From a phage: DNA of 64,000 nt. Each line of letters begins with the position of its first letter. The first letter of the stretch is position 1. This document shows positions 46,686 through 55,297 of this stretch, one piece after another. Both the position numbers and the translations under genes were made by a program. The stretch is from the NCBI GenBank assembly GCA_014687725.1, contig GCA_014687725.1_4094.1; one strand, 5' to 3'. The notes under the pieces were generated by a model, which had not been told where the DNA came from, made no database searches, and saw only the letters and a list, made by a program, of their open reading frames with translations.

Positions 46686-47087
46686 ATGACCTTCTCAATC
46701 AATTCCTTCGCTGACGTTTTAGTACTGGCTCGGACTTTCGGTAAAGATGCACTGGAGTACGCTGTAAGTAATGGTACTATCCAACCGGAACAGTGCCGCA
46801 TCATTGGAAACTGCAAACGTTGGGCGGTATCCAATACTATTGCACTGGAAAACTTCCACGATGGCAACAATGAATATTCTGTTGATGTAGTATTCGAAGC
46901 CGTTGATCTCGGCGGTATCTATAATACTAACCTGAATGATGTGCGTATCGTTCGCACGGGGTTCGGTGCTTATGATGTATCTATTCGTGAAGCTATGAAC
47001 ACCGGATACATTAGCAAGGACTTACTTGCTCACATCATGCAGCTGTGTACGGAACGTAACGAAGCACGCACTATCTTAGGACTGTAA
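46686..47087 (+). CDS. hypothetical early protein
   Basis: Start moved to MTFSINS after AAGGAG. Confidence 0.55.
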   Translation: MTFSINSFADVLVLARTFGKDALEYAVSNGTIQPEQCRIIGNCKRWAVSNTIALENFHDGNNEYSVDVVFEAVDLGGIYNTNLNDVRIVRTGFGAYDVSIREAMNTGYISKDLLAHIMQLCTERNEARTILGL

Positions 47088-47155
47088 GCGTTACACATCA
47101 CCAAACATCATAGGCCGCCTTGTAGCGGCCTTAACTATATCAGGAGGGCATACAT

Positions 47156-47365
47156 ATGTTCTATACAGTATACAGCGTTCTAGGTACTATTGCAGGCGTA
47201 CATGATAACGTCAATGATGCTATGCGTACAGTACTGCAACAGGTTCCACTAAAGCCTAAGACCATTAAGCAGATGACAGCACGACTAACCAGGGCGACCG
47301 ATGGCGTGGAAGTATGGCAGGACTACGGGGATACACAGATAATCGTTAGCGTAACGAAGGATTAA
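47156..47365 (+). CDS. hypothetical protein
   Basis: ATG after AGGAGGG; upstream hairpin AGGCCGC-cttgta-GCGGCCT. Confidence 0.5.
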   Translation: MFYTVYSVLGTIAGVHDNVNDAMRTVLQQVPLKPKTIKQMTARLTRATDGVEVWQDYGDTQIIVSVTKD

Positions 47366-47392
47366 TGCGTAAAGGGATCTAGTACTGATTCA

Positions 47393-47459
47393 GAAAAAAG
47401 TCAAGGCGTTTTTAAAATTATGCGTTAAAAAAATGCATAGGTAATCCCTTGACTTTTTT
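47393..47459. promoter_or_regulatory. inverted-repeat regulatory region upstream of family-B array
   Basis: AAAAAAGTCAAGG ... CCTTGACTTTTTT 13-bp inverted repeat, ATGCGTWA direct repeats, promoter-like TTGACT ~30 nt upstream of array. Confidence 0.4.
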
Positions 47460-47614
47460 GAAATAAAAGGGATTGGACTATGGCAAAATGCGTAGGGGGC
47501 TAAAGGGCGGGTAACCTTAGCGACTTCGATAAAGGGGTATTACGAATAAAATGTTATTGACTTTTTATATGAATCGTATAAAATATGATTGATATTAATT
47601 TTAAGGGAGTCCCT

Positions 47615-47812
47615 ATGCGTATTTTAACTAAAGAACAGCACCACGAAAGACTTATCAATAACATGGCTATGATAATGTATAAGTCCCATGACCGTGGTAT
47701 TGCCTATAAGCGTGAATTAATTATGGCACTATTCATTGGAACTAACTTTCAGGAAAGGTATGTCAACGATTGGATTTGGTATTTAATTGAAGATATAACG
47801 AGTAAACTATGA
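47615..47812 (+). CDS. family-B small protein (1/29)
   Basis: Start moved to ATG after AAGGGAG; IGTNFQERYV motif. Confidence 0.55.
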   Translation: MRILTKEQHHERLINNMAMIMYKSHDRGIAYKRELIMALFIGTNFQERYVNDWIWYLIEDITSKL

Positions 47813-48009
47813 AAATGCGTATTTTAAATAAAGAAGAATATCAATCACTGTTACGTAAAAACTTCACAAAGATTTATAATACAGACACACACGTAGAACG
47901 AATGGAGTTATACCTTTTGATTACATTGGGAACAAACTATCAGGGTAGATGGGTGTGGCAATATATGGATACATTGAAAAATAAAATATTGTCCACGAGG
48001 AAACAATGA
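47809..48009 (+). CDS. family-B small protein (2/29)
   Basis: ATGA overlap; LGTNYQGRWV. Confidence 0.55.
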   Translation: MKMRILNKEEYQSLLRKNFTKIYNTDTHVERMELYLLITLGTNYQGRWVWQYMDTLKNKILSTRKQ

Positions 48010-48215
48010 AAACTATAACACGAACCCAATCATACGGTCTTATCTTGAAATACATGGACTTAATGGTGGATATCAGCAAAGACCTGCCTAAAACTGAAAT
48101 TGAAGTTGCAAGAGCAGAGATCCGCATGTTGGCTGTACTGAACACAAACCATCAGGAAGATTATGTTGAAGAATGGATTCGATTTTTAATAGAAGATATT
48201 AAGAGTAAACTATGA
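48006..48215 (+). CDS. family-B small protein (3/29)
   Basis: ATGA overlap; LNTNHQEDYV. Confidence 0.55.
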   Translation: MKTITRTQSYGLILKYMDLMVDISKDLPKTEIEVARAEIRMLAVLNTNHQEDYVEEWIRFLIEDIKSKL

Positions 48216-48427
48216 TTATTATAGAAAACTCATATCAATATACTAAACGCATCGCTGCCAGACAACTTGAAATCCTCATAATATACGAAGAGACTTCTGA
48301 TTTAAACTTAGCCGAGGTATTGGAAAATGAAATACTTTTGGGTGCATTCTTGGGAACAGACTATCAGGAGTATTATGAGGAAAAGTATTTGTCATCTCTA
48401 GAGAAATACATCAGGAGCAAATTATGA
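48212..48427 (+). CDS. family-B small protein (4/29)
   Basis: ATGA overlap; LGTDYQEYY. Confidence 0.55.
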   Translation: MIIIENSYQYTKRIAARQLEILIIYEETSDLNLAEVLENEILLGAFLGTDYQEYYEEKYLSSLEKYIRSKL

Positions 48428-48636
48428 TTATATTAACACCAGAAGAATATAAGAAACGTTTCAATTCTGTCCAGACTGAAATATTACTTATATACCTTTC
48501 AAATGCAGACCTTAACTTATCAAGGGCAATGGAGAAGGATTTACTTATGGGTGCATTTTTGGATACAGACTTTCAGGAGTATTATGTAGGGAAATACTTA
48601 ATTGAACTTCAGAACTACATTAAGAGTAAACTATGA
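48424..48636 (+). CDS. family-B small protein (5/29)
   Basis: ATGA overlap; LDTDFQEYYV. Confidence 0.55.
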   Translation: MIILTPEEYKKRFNSVQTEILLIYLSNADLNLSRAMEKDLLMGAFLDTDFQEYYVGKYLIELQNYIKSKL

Positions 48637-48860
48637 AACATTTAAGTAATATTGAGAAGATGAGAATTATCATTGATGCATTAAACAAATACGATACCCT
48701 TTTACAAATAAAAGGTTTAACTCGATTGGAACACAAGATAAACACCACCGATGTACGCATGTTGGCTGTACTGGGGACGAACTTTCAGGAAGAGTATGTT
48801 GTTGCACACATAGTTGCACTCACTAATTACATAATGGACAAATGTAATGAACATCATTAA
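48633..48860 (+). CDS. family-B small protein (6/29)
   Basis: ATGA overlap; LGTNFQEEYV. Confidence 0.55.
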   Translation: MKHLSNIEKMRIIIDALNKYDTLLQIKGLTRLEHKINTTDVRMLAVLGTNFQEEYVVAHIVALTNYIMDKCNEHH

Positions 48861-49071
48861 TAACTTTGAATACGAGGCCCGTGCTAAGAGTGCCAGAAAA
48901 AAAGAGAACACCATTTACTTCACTATGATGTACTTACAATGGACTGAAATTGAAGAAAAGGTTGCTGAAGTATGGATGTTGGAATTCATGGGGACGCAGT
49001 ATCAGAATAGGTTTGCGGGTGAGTATATCAATGTTCTTATGAAACAAATAGAAAGAAAGGAAAAGAACTAA
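48847..49071 (+). CDS. family-B small protein (7/29)
   Basis: MGTQYQNRF motif. Confidence 0.5.
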   Translation: MNIINNFEYEARAKSARKKENTIYFTMMYLQWTEIEEKVAEVWMLEFMGTQYQNRFAGEYINVLMKQIERKEKN

Positions 49072-49229
49072 TGGTTTTCATTAACATATCTGACCAACTC
49101 GATACTAAACTAGAAGTCGAGCAGAGTGAGGGATGGATGCTGTACTTTCTTGGAACTTCTCATCAGAATTTTTATATCCATGAACACATAGTTGCACTCA
49201 AGAATTACATTATGGACAAATGCAAATGA
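49071..49229 (+). CDS. family-B small protein, short member (8/29, 52 aa)
   Basis: Below track cutoff; LGTSHQNFY motif; TAATG coupling. Confidence 0.4.
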   Translation: MVFINISDQLDTKLEVEQSEGWMLYFLGTSHQNFYIHEHIVALKNYIMDKCK

Positions 49230-49483
49230 AATACTTAACACAAGATGAATATTCACTTAGAATTCGAAAGCTCACCCCAGAAGCAAGAGTAATCTACGAT
49301 GACCCCACCCTTACATGGAACCAAATGCGAGCTAAAGTTAATGAGCTATGGTTGCTGTACTTTATGGGGACTCAATATCAAGATAAGTTTTGCAAAGAAT
49401 TTGTCGATCAATTAATGAATGTTATACAGGATAAACTAGATGAATATTGGCTCGCAAAACATGAAGACTTTATCAGGAGTTGA
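49220..49483 (+). CDS. family-B small protein (9/29)
   Basis: MGTQYQDKF; start may be ATG at 49226. Confidence 0.5.
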   Translation: MQMKYLTQDEYSLRIRKLTPEARVIYDDPTLTWNQMRAKVNELWLLYFMGTQYQDKFCKEFVDQLMNVIQDKLDEYWLAKHEDFIRS

Positions 49484-49712
49484 GTATCAAACTGCCCTCT
49501 TCTCTCTTATTAACACCCTTAGAAAAAACAATGCATTACATGGTGCACCTGAAGTGGATGTTATCAACGGTGATGTTTATCTTATGAAATTCATTGGAAC
49601 AAACTATCAAGATCTGTTCATTCAACGATACTTGGCAGCATTAAGAAACCAAATCCAATATAAAACCCGTCAAGCCCAAAGAGAATGGAAGAGACAATGC
49701 GACAAAGACTAA
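49440..49712 (+). CDS. family-B small protein (10/29)
   Basis: IGTNYQDLF; start uncertain (alternative ATG ~49461). Confidence 0.45.
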   Translation: MNIGSQNMKTLSGVEYQTALFSLINTLRKNNALHGAPEVDVINGDVYLMKFIGTNYQDLFIQRYLAALRNQIQYKTRQAQREWKRQCDKD

Positions 49713-49945
49713 ATCACAAAATGTATTGTAAACTATTACAAACACTGGCACAGAAACACTATGACACCGTATCTGAAATATTACCCTATGATATCATGCG
49801 TTTAATTCATAGTGAGGCCGAGATGCTTGTACTGATGAGAGGGACTGATAAAACAGCAATAGCCAGATCGATTGAGCAATATATTGATGCACACTGCCAA
49901 CACATGAGAACCGAAATCTGGAGGAAAGAGAATGATAATCCTTAA
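49685..49945 (+). CDS. family-B-like small protein (11/29)
   Basis: Divergent (RGTDKTA); start uncertain (alternative ATG ~49697). Confidence 0.45.
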   Translation: MEETMRQRLNHKMYCKLLQTLAQKHYDTVSEILPYDIMRLIHSEAEMLVLMRGTDKTAIARSIEQYIDAHCQHMRTEIWRKENDNP

Positions 49946-50147
49946 TGAGTATCAGTATCATTGGAGGTTACAAACTATCAAATCAAAAGTGTATAGTATT
50001 GTGTTAAACAAATCTATTGCACAAGAGGACAAATGTGTTATAATAGCTGAAATGAAGTTGGGTGTATTCGTAGGGACAAACTATCAAAACATCTACACTG
50101 ACGTATTATTAAGTTCCTTACGTAACAAGGTGGTATCCAAAATATGA
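49932..50147 (+). CDS. family-B small protein (12/29)
   Basis: VGTNYQNIY. Confidence 0.55.
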   Translation: MIILNEYQYHWRLQTIKSKVYSIVLNKSIAQEDKCVIIAEMKLGVFVGTNYQNIYTDVLLSSLRNKVVSKI

Positions 50148-50362
50148 GAAATTTACAAGGCTTTGAATACATCAGACTCCTGAAAACATGTGGAAGCAGA
50201 AGGAGAATGATATCAAGCGATAAGAGCATCCAAGCTAACCTTAAGCACGCACTAGTAACTGAACTCTATGTAGGTGCACTCTTAGGCACAAACTATCAAC
50301 AAATGTATGTAGATCTATGGATTGACGCTCTACAGAAAGAGGTTAAAAGTAAATGCAAATGA
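50144..50362 (+). CDS. family-B small protein (13/29)
   Basis: ATGA overlap; LGTNYQQMYV. Confidence 0.55.
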   Translation: MRNLQGFEYIRLLKTCGSRRRMISSDKSIQANLKHALVTELYVGALLGTNYQQMYVDLWIDALQKEVKSKCK

Positions 50363-50571
50363 TTAATTTAAGTAAAGACGAATTTTATGTTATACTGGCG
50401 AAAACTTATCCAGCACGTAAGGCCGTTTATGATAGTCACATTATTGAACCCTCAAAGAAGTTGATTTTAGTAAATGAGATAAAGATGCTTTCAGTCTTAG
50501 GAACAAACTATCAAGAGAATGCTGTACTGATGTTAATTGATGCCCTCCAGCGAGAGGTTAAACGTAAATGA
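50353..50571 (+). CDS. family-B small protein (14/29)
   Basis: LGTNYQENAV. Confidence 0.55.
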   Translation: MQMINLSKDEFYVILAKTYPARKAVYDSHIIEPSKKLILVNEIKMLSVLGTNYQENAVLMLIDALQREVKRK

Positions 50572-50798
50572 AAATGATTCATTTAACTTACCATGAATAT
50601 CAAAAACGTTTAAATGCATCCAGAGATATAAGGATTCAAATATTCAATAACAAAAGATTGAAGCCTGATATCAGAAAAATCAAAATTATAGAAGCAGAGT
50701 TATGCAACTTTCTAGGGACCAACTATCAGGCAGGTAAGGTAAAAAACTATCTTAGAGAACTAATGAATAGTATTGAAAATAAATGTAAGGGTAATTAA
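50568..50798 (+). CDS. family-B small protein (15/29)
   Basis: ATGA overlap; LGTNYQAGKV. Confidence 0.55.
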   Translation: MKMIHLTYHEYQKRLNASRDIRIQIFNNKRLKPDIRKIKIIEAELCNFLGTNYQAGKVKNYLRELMNSIENKCKGN

Positions 50799-50799
50799 C

Positions 50800-51039
50800 A
50801 TGAAAATGATTAAATTATCTCAAGCAAAATATAAAGAACGCCTGGTGAAAATTGCACCTGGACTTAATGAAATCCATCACGGAGAAGTCATTAAACACGG
50901 AAATAAGATGATTATGAAACTTGAGTTAAAGGTGGGTGCATTCATAGGAACAAACTATCAGGAGTATTATGTAGATGAATACATAATCGCACTTAAGAGA
51001 TACATTGGAAGAAAACTATATCTACAAACTAAAGAATAG
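50800..51039 (+). CDS. family-B small protein (16/29)
   Basis: Start moved to MKMIKL; IGTNYQEYYV. Confidence 0.5.
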   Translation: MKMIKLSQAKYKERLVKIAPGLNEIHHGEVIKHGNKMIMKLELKVGAFIGTNYQEYYVDEYIIALKRYIGRKLYLQTKE

Positions 51040-51068
51040 TATTGAAAATAAATGTGAGGTTGATGAAC

Positions 51069-51332
51069 ATGCAAATGATCAATTTAAGTAAAGATGAATA
51101 TACCGAGCGTATGACAAAAATTACGCACAAACGTAATACAATCTATCACAACCCAGAAATTCAACACAGTAAGAAAATGATTATGATGCGTGAGTTAAAG
51201 ATGGGTGTATTCTTAGGAACAAACTATCAAGATACAGAAGTAAATCGCTTAATCGCGGAGTTACTACTGGAAATCAGAGGTAAGCTGTACTTTCATCAAA
51301 TGACCCAACCACTGAGGTGTACTAAGAAATGA
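51069..51332 (+). CDS. family-B small protein (17/29)
   Basis: Start moved to MQMINL; LGTNYQDTEV; upstream ~45-bp segment duplicated from 50761-50810. Confidence 0.5.
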   Translation: MQMINLSKDEYTERMTKITHKRNTIYHNPEIQHSKKMIMMRELKMGVFLGTNYQDTEVNRLIAELLLEIRGKLYFHQMTQPLRCTKK

Positions 51333-51544
51333 TCAACATCACATTGCAAGAAAGATTCATCCGAATCAACTATGCAATTACCAAATTAGATGCTACTATA
51401 GGATTCCAAAGTCTACCATACAAAACCAGATTGTTATTAGAGTGTGAAGCTAAGTTGGGTGTACTGTTAGGGACGCAACACCAACAACGATATGTGGAAA
51501 TCTGGATTGACCTTTTAACCCAAAATATATATGAGAGAATGTAA
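51329..51544 (+). CDS. family-B small protein (18/29)
   Basis: ATGA overlap; LGTQHQQRYV. Confidence 0.55.
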   Translation: MINITLQERFIRINYAITKLDATIGFQSLPYKTRLLLECEAKLGVLLGTQHQQRYVEIWIDLLTQNIYERM

Positions 51545-51775
51545 ATGCAAAATGAAATGATATACTTAACGAATGAAGAATTTCAAGAGAAGATGTTAAA
51601 AACCAAAAACATTACTCTTAAGTTCGTTCCAAATCAATCAATATCTGAAGTATCTGCAAATGTATTGTTTCAGAAGCTACCATACGTTCTTGGAACTGAT
51701 AAACAAGAATTTATGGTTCAAAATATGATTGAACATCTTATAATGAGTATTAAGGAAAAAGTTAATGCAAAATGA
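51545..51775 (+). CDS. family-B small protein (19/29)
   Basis: MQNEMIYLT...; LGTDKQEFMV. Confidence 0.55.
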   Translation: MQNEMIYLTNEEFQEKMLKTKNITLKFVPNQSISEVSANVLFQKLPYVLGTDKQEFMVQNMIEHLIMSIKEKVNAK

Positions 51776-52019
51776 AATGATATACTTAACCTATAATGAA
51801 TACGTCGAGAGATTAGTTCGTGCCAAGAGATATACCAATAAACGTCCAATTGACCTAAACCAAACCCCAGCAGAAAGGAGTGCAGAAGTATTATTCCAAT
51901 CACTACCATATCTTCTGGGAACTGATAGACAAGAGGAATATGTTGCACGTATGATTAGATATCTTAAAATCACTATTAAGGAAAAAGTAAATGCAAATGA
52001 AATACTTAACAGACGATGA
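51765..52019 (+). CDS. family-B small protein (20/29)
   Basis: Same MQNEMIYLT N-terminus as previous (recent duplicate); LGTDRQEEYV. Confidence 0.55.
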   Translation: MQNEMIYLTYNEYVERLVRAKRYTNKRPIDLNQTPAERSAEVLFQSLPYLLGTDRQEEYVARMIRYLKITIKEKVNANEILNRR

Positions 52020-52242
52020 GTTAAAAGAACGACTAATTAAATCAAGAAAACATACAAATCAACTTCCAAACGACACAAACAAGTCTCCAGCGGAAAGGAG
52101 TGCAGAAGTTTTATACATTCAACTCATGTACTTTCTTGGCACTGACAGACAAGAGTATTACATTGAAAGTATGCTTCGATATCTTAAATTCTCTATAAAG
52201 GAAAAGATACATGATCAAGTATTTAAAAATCCTAACAGTTAA
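51991..52242 (+). CDS. family-B small protein (21/29)
   Basis: LGTDRQEYYI; overlaps previous by ~29 nt. Confidence 0.5.
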   Translation: MQMKYLTDDELKERLIKSRKHTNQLPNDTNKSPAERSAEVLYIQLMYFLGTDRQEYYIESMLRYLKFSIKEKIHDQVFKNPNS

Positions 52243-52453
52243 TGAATATCATAAGATTGTAATGAAAACTAATAGTGCTTACGCTAAAAAATCAAACCCA
52301 AAGTACATACTGGAACACACATTTGAAGAACGTCAATTAGCTTTAGTTGAAGCAAAACTTCTTGCACTATTAGGAACAAACTATCAGGAAGAATACAATA
52401 GAAAACTAATATACCTTTTAACTAAACATATAAGAAAAAGAAAAAATGCATGA
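52211..52453 (+). CDS. family-B small protein (22/29)
   Basis: LGTNYQEEYN. Confidence 0.5.
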   Translation: MIKYLKILTVNEYHKIVMKTNSAYAKKSNPKYILEHTFEERQLALVEAKLLALLGTNYQEEYNRKLIYLLTKHIRKRKNA

Positions 52454-52680
52454 AACACTTGACAGATGATGAACATGGGCTTATAGTAATGGATGTAATC
52501 AACATCGAATACAAAAAGTTGATACGCTATCGTTGTTATGAAGATAAGCAACTCGTTCTAGCAGAACAGAAGTTGTTTCGACTCTTAAACACAAACTACC
52601 AAGCACAATACGAAGAATCGTATATGTACCTTTTGGCGAGGAAAGCAAAAAGAGATTATGAAAATTTTAAGCAAAGGTGA
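52450..52680 (+). CDS. family-B small protein (23/29)
   Basis: ATGA overlap; LNTNYQAQYE. Confidence 0.55.
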   Translation: MKHLTDDEHGLIVMDVINIEYKKLIRYRCYEDKQLVLAEQKLFRLLNTNYQAQYEESYMYLLARKAKRDYENFKQR

Positions 52681-52879
52681 TTCAGTAATATTACTTATAG
52701 AGAGTTCAAGTAAATTCTTAAACATAACACTGTCTGATATAGATGAAGATGACAAAGAAGTACTGAGAGCAGATTTAAGAGTACTGTTACATATCGGAAC
52801 AAACCTACAAGAAGAATATGTAGAGTGCTACATCAATGAACTTAAAGAATCAGTACTGAGAAAATGCAAATGCAAATGA
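52658..52879 (+). CDS. family-B small protein (24/29)
   Basis: IGTNLQEEYV. Confidence 0.5.
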   Translation: MKILSKGDSVILLIESSSKFLNITLSDIDEDDKEVLRADLRVLLHIGTNLQEEYVECYINELKESVLRKCKCK

Positions 52880-53097
52880 AAATCATTACCGATGTAGAAT
52901 ACCTAACAATCATAAATGGACTGTTTTTGAAGCTCTTCGTCATTAACACATCAGATATACCAGATATGGATAAAATTATTAAGAGAAATGAAGTCTATGT
53001 TCTAGCTACCCTTGGAACGAACTATCAAGAACACGACATTAAAGATTATATTAATACACTTAAACGAGCTATTGAACTAAAATGCCAAAACCACTAG
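52864..53097 (+). CDS. family-B small protein (25/29)
   Basis: LGTNYQEHDI. Confidence 0.5.
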   Translation: MQMQMKIITDVEYLTIINGLFLKLFVINTSDIPDMDKIIKRNEVYVLATLGTNYQEHDIKDYINTLKRAIELKCQNH

Positions 53098-53297
53098 GAA
53101 CAGCAGAATACATTGAACTCATGGGATTACACTTCTCATCCTTTCAGAAACTTATGCGAGAATCAAAGAATGATTTAGAATATACCATCAGAGGTTCCGA
53201 TTTAAGAATGCTTCTCACCCTAGACACAGATTCCCAAGAGCGATTTGTCAATGAGCATATTAGAGCACTTTTAATGGAAATTAAAAGTAAACTATGA
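53082..53297 (+). CDS. family-B small protein (26/29)
   Basis: LDTDSQERFV. Confidence 0.5.
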   Translation: MPKPLGTAEYIELMGLHFSSFQKLMRESKNDLEYTIRGSDLRMLLTLDTDSQERFVNEHIRALLMEIKSKL

Positions 53298-53509
53298 AGA
53301 TAATATCAAACCAAGAGTACTTGGCACTATTCAGGAAGAATAATCACAAATATATGGCACTTGATTCAAGAACTGATATAAGTGAACTTGAAAAAAATCT
53401 TTTGCGTTCAGATATGATAGTACTGACACTCTTAGGAACACAGCATCAAGAGAGAACTGTTAATTCATACATAGGTATTCTTATACAGATAGTACAGGAA
53501 AAGATATGA
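53294..53509 (+). CDS. family-B small protein (27/29)
   Basis: ATGA overlap; LGTQHQERTV. Confidence 0.55.
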   Translation: MKIISNQEYLALFRKNNHKYMALDSRTDISELEKNLLRSDMIVLTLLGTQHQERTVNSYIGILIQIVQEKI

Positions 53510-53727
53510 GAATCATAACACAACAAGATATTCTTAAGTTCACAAGGGTTCATGCATCTGAATTTGATGCTATATTATCAAAAAGTTACAATGACCCTTA
53601 TACACAAGATGTACATTACAGTGAATTATGGATGTATATACTTTTAGGTACAAATAAGCAAGAGCAAGCCGTACAGAAGTATTTGACAGCTTTACGTGAT
53701 GCTACTGCTAATGGAGTATGTGTTTAA
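53506..53727 (+). CDS. family-B small protein (28/29)
   Basis: ATGA overlap; LGTNKQEQAV. Confidence 0.55.
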   Translation: MRIITQQDILKFTRVHASEFDAILSKSYNDPYTQDVHYSELWMYILLGTNKQEQAVQKYLTALRDATANGVCV

Positions 53728-53728
53728 T

Positions 53729-53971
53729 ATGAAAGTACTGACAGAACTAGAAATGTATCATAGATTTAATAAGTACTATCATTTACTTAAGCCTATACAG
53801 AGGATTAAATGTCCATTTGAAGAGAAACAGGTTTTAATCTATGAGCACAAGTTCTTTGTATCATTAGGTACAGATCAACAAGAGTACTATTTGACGTTGT
53901 ACTTGATTACATTAATAGATTTAATTCACTATAAAACCAAACAAGCTAATAAAGAGAAATATGAAAACTAA
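53729..53971 (+). CDS. family-B small protein (29/29)
   Basis: Start moved to MKVLTELEMY; LGTDQQEYYL. Confidence 0.5.
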   Translation: MKVLTELEMYHRFNKYYHLLKPIQRIKCPFEEKQVLIYEHKFFVSLGTDQQEYYLTLYLITLIDLIHYKTKQANKEKYEN

Positions 53972-54305
53972 TATACAACTCAAGGTATATAAATCATTTG
54001 AACATACATATATCAAAAGTAGTCTATGTAGAGATGTAATGGATTACAAGGGTAAGCCATTCACAATTACCTATGATTCTTATGTTAGTGATTTATATAT
54101 ATCATTTGTTAATTACGAAAATAAAATATACAAGCACGTTGATATTAAAGATTTAAGTACTTTATCACCAGAGGAATACTTTCAGGAATCATTAGTATGG
54201 GATTTAGAGTTTCCTATGCCATTAGTACATAAGATGATAGTACTAATGAAAGAATCTAAACAGGAGCCTAATGGTGATTATGAAGAACACACAGTTGAGT
54301 ATTAA
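53961..54305 (+). CDS. family-C protein (EEYFQxSLVxD motif)
   Basis: Motif EEYFQESLVWDLEFP. Confidence 0.55.
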   Translation: MKTNIQLKVYKSFEHTYIKSSLCRDVMDYKGKPFTITYDSYVSDLYISFVNYENKIYKHVDIKDLSTLSPEEYFQESLVWDLEFPMPLVHKMIVLMKESKQEPNGDYEEHTVEY

Positions 54306-54675
54306 AAGTACTGATAATACTAAGAGTTATACAAGCTCAAGTACTGTGACAATCGAAGTGAATTCTATTAATGCTGGTAATGCAGTAGATAAGTTCTTTA
54401 TTGCTCAAGGGTACAGGAAAGATATTCATCAATATTGTTCAGTATATGGGGAGTACAATTCTACTGAAGATATAATTTATTGGTCAACACATCAAGATTA
54501 TATAACTAAAATTGGCGTTCCAGATGTTAGTACTTTATCTGAAGAAGAATACTTTCAGTACAGCTTAGTACATGATGTACCTATACCTTTAGGGTTAATC
54601 AAGGGTATGCAGGAAGAGGTTCATAAGCTTAAATCCATGAGTTCAGGTACTTTCATTAGAACAGTGCAATACTAG
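54280..54675 (+). CDS. family-C protein
   Basis: Motif EEYFQYSLVHDVPIP; start taken at MKNTQL. Confidence 0.5.
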   Translation: MKNTQLSIKSTDNTKSYTSSSTVTIEVNSINAGNAVDKFFIAQGYRKDIHQYCSVYGEYNSTEDIIYWSTHQDYITKIGVPDVSTLSEEEYFQYSLVHDVPIPLGLIKGMQEEVHKLKSMSSGTFIRTVQY

Positions 54676-54734
54676 CTTGACAGTACTTTTCATTACTGAT
54701 ATAGTACACTAACGTTAATCATAGGGTAAAAATT

Positions 54735-54980
54735 ATGTTAAATTTTTTAAATTTCCTTATCGTTTTGTGTATTGTTCTTGGGATTGCACCATTTGTATTG
54801 TATTTCATGGATTCAGATGAAATGCAGAAGATGAATTGCACAAGGACAGGACAGAGTAGAGAAGAGACGATTCTTATGCCTGTTACGGTTATTGTTAACA
54901 ACATGCCCATTACAAACATGGTCCCTACCCTAACGACAACGTACCAGTACTCTTGTGCTGACGGAGAGAGGTGGAGATGA
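54735..54980 (+). CDS. small membrane protein (N-terminal TM helix)
   Basis: Upstream TTGACA/17 nt/TATAGT; hydrophobic N-terminus. Confidence 0.5.
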   Translation: MLNFLNFLIVLCIVLGIAPFVLYFMDSDEMQKMNCTRTGQSREETILMPVTVIVNNMPITNMVPTLTTTYQYSCADGERWR

Positions 54981-55297
54981 AATTTAATATAGCAAAAACA
55001 TCGAGTATATGTATTTTTGGTTATGCAGAAGAGTTAGGTGATATTGACATTCTTTTGTACAAAAAGGATGGTGTTATGCATTTCAAGTACCAGGATGAAG
55101 AGGCAGACAATTATCCTTTACCTAATTTAGTACAAATGCAGGAAGATGAATTATTCCAGTACAGCTTAATATACGACATTGATATTTGCACGATGCCAGT
55201 ACTAATTAGTATTCAAAAAGTGATGCTCGATATGTATGATAAGCTAATACAAGGTACATCAGGGAGAATCATTGAAATCGATATACAAGACAATTAA
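54971..55297 (+). CDS. family-C protein
   Basis: Motif DELFQYSLIYDIDIC. Confidence 0.55.
   Translation: MEMKFNIAKTSSICIFGYAEELGDIDILLYKKDGVMHFKYQDEEADNYPLPNLVQMQEDELFQYSLIYDIDICTMPVLISIQKVMLDMYDKLIQGTSGRIIEIDIQDN

Noticed and set aside
47585-53971. Regular ~200-230-bp periodicity could suggest a CRISPR-like or satellite array
   Set aside because: Units are protein-coding paralogs with start/stop codons and conserved amino-acid motifs; there are no short identical direct repeats separated by unique spacers and no cas genes.
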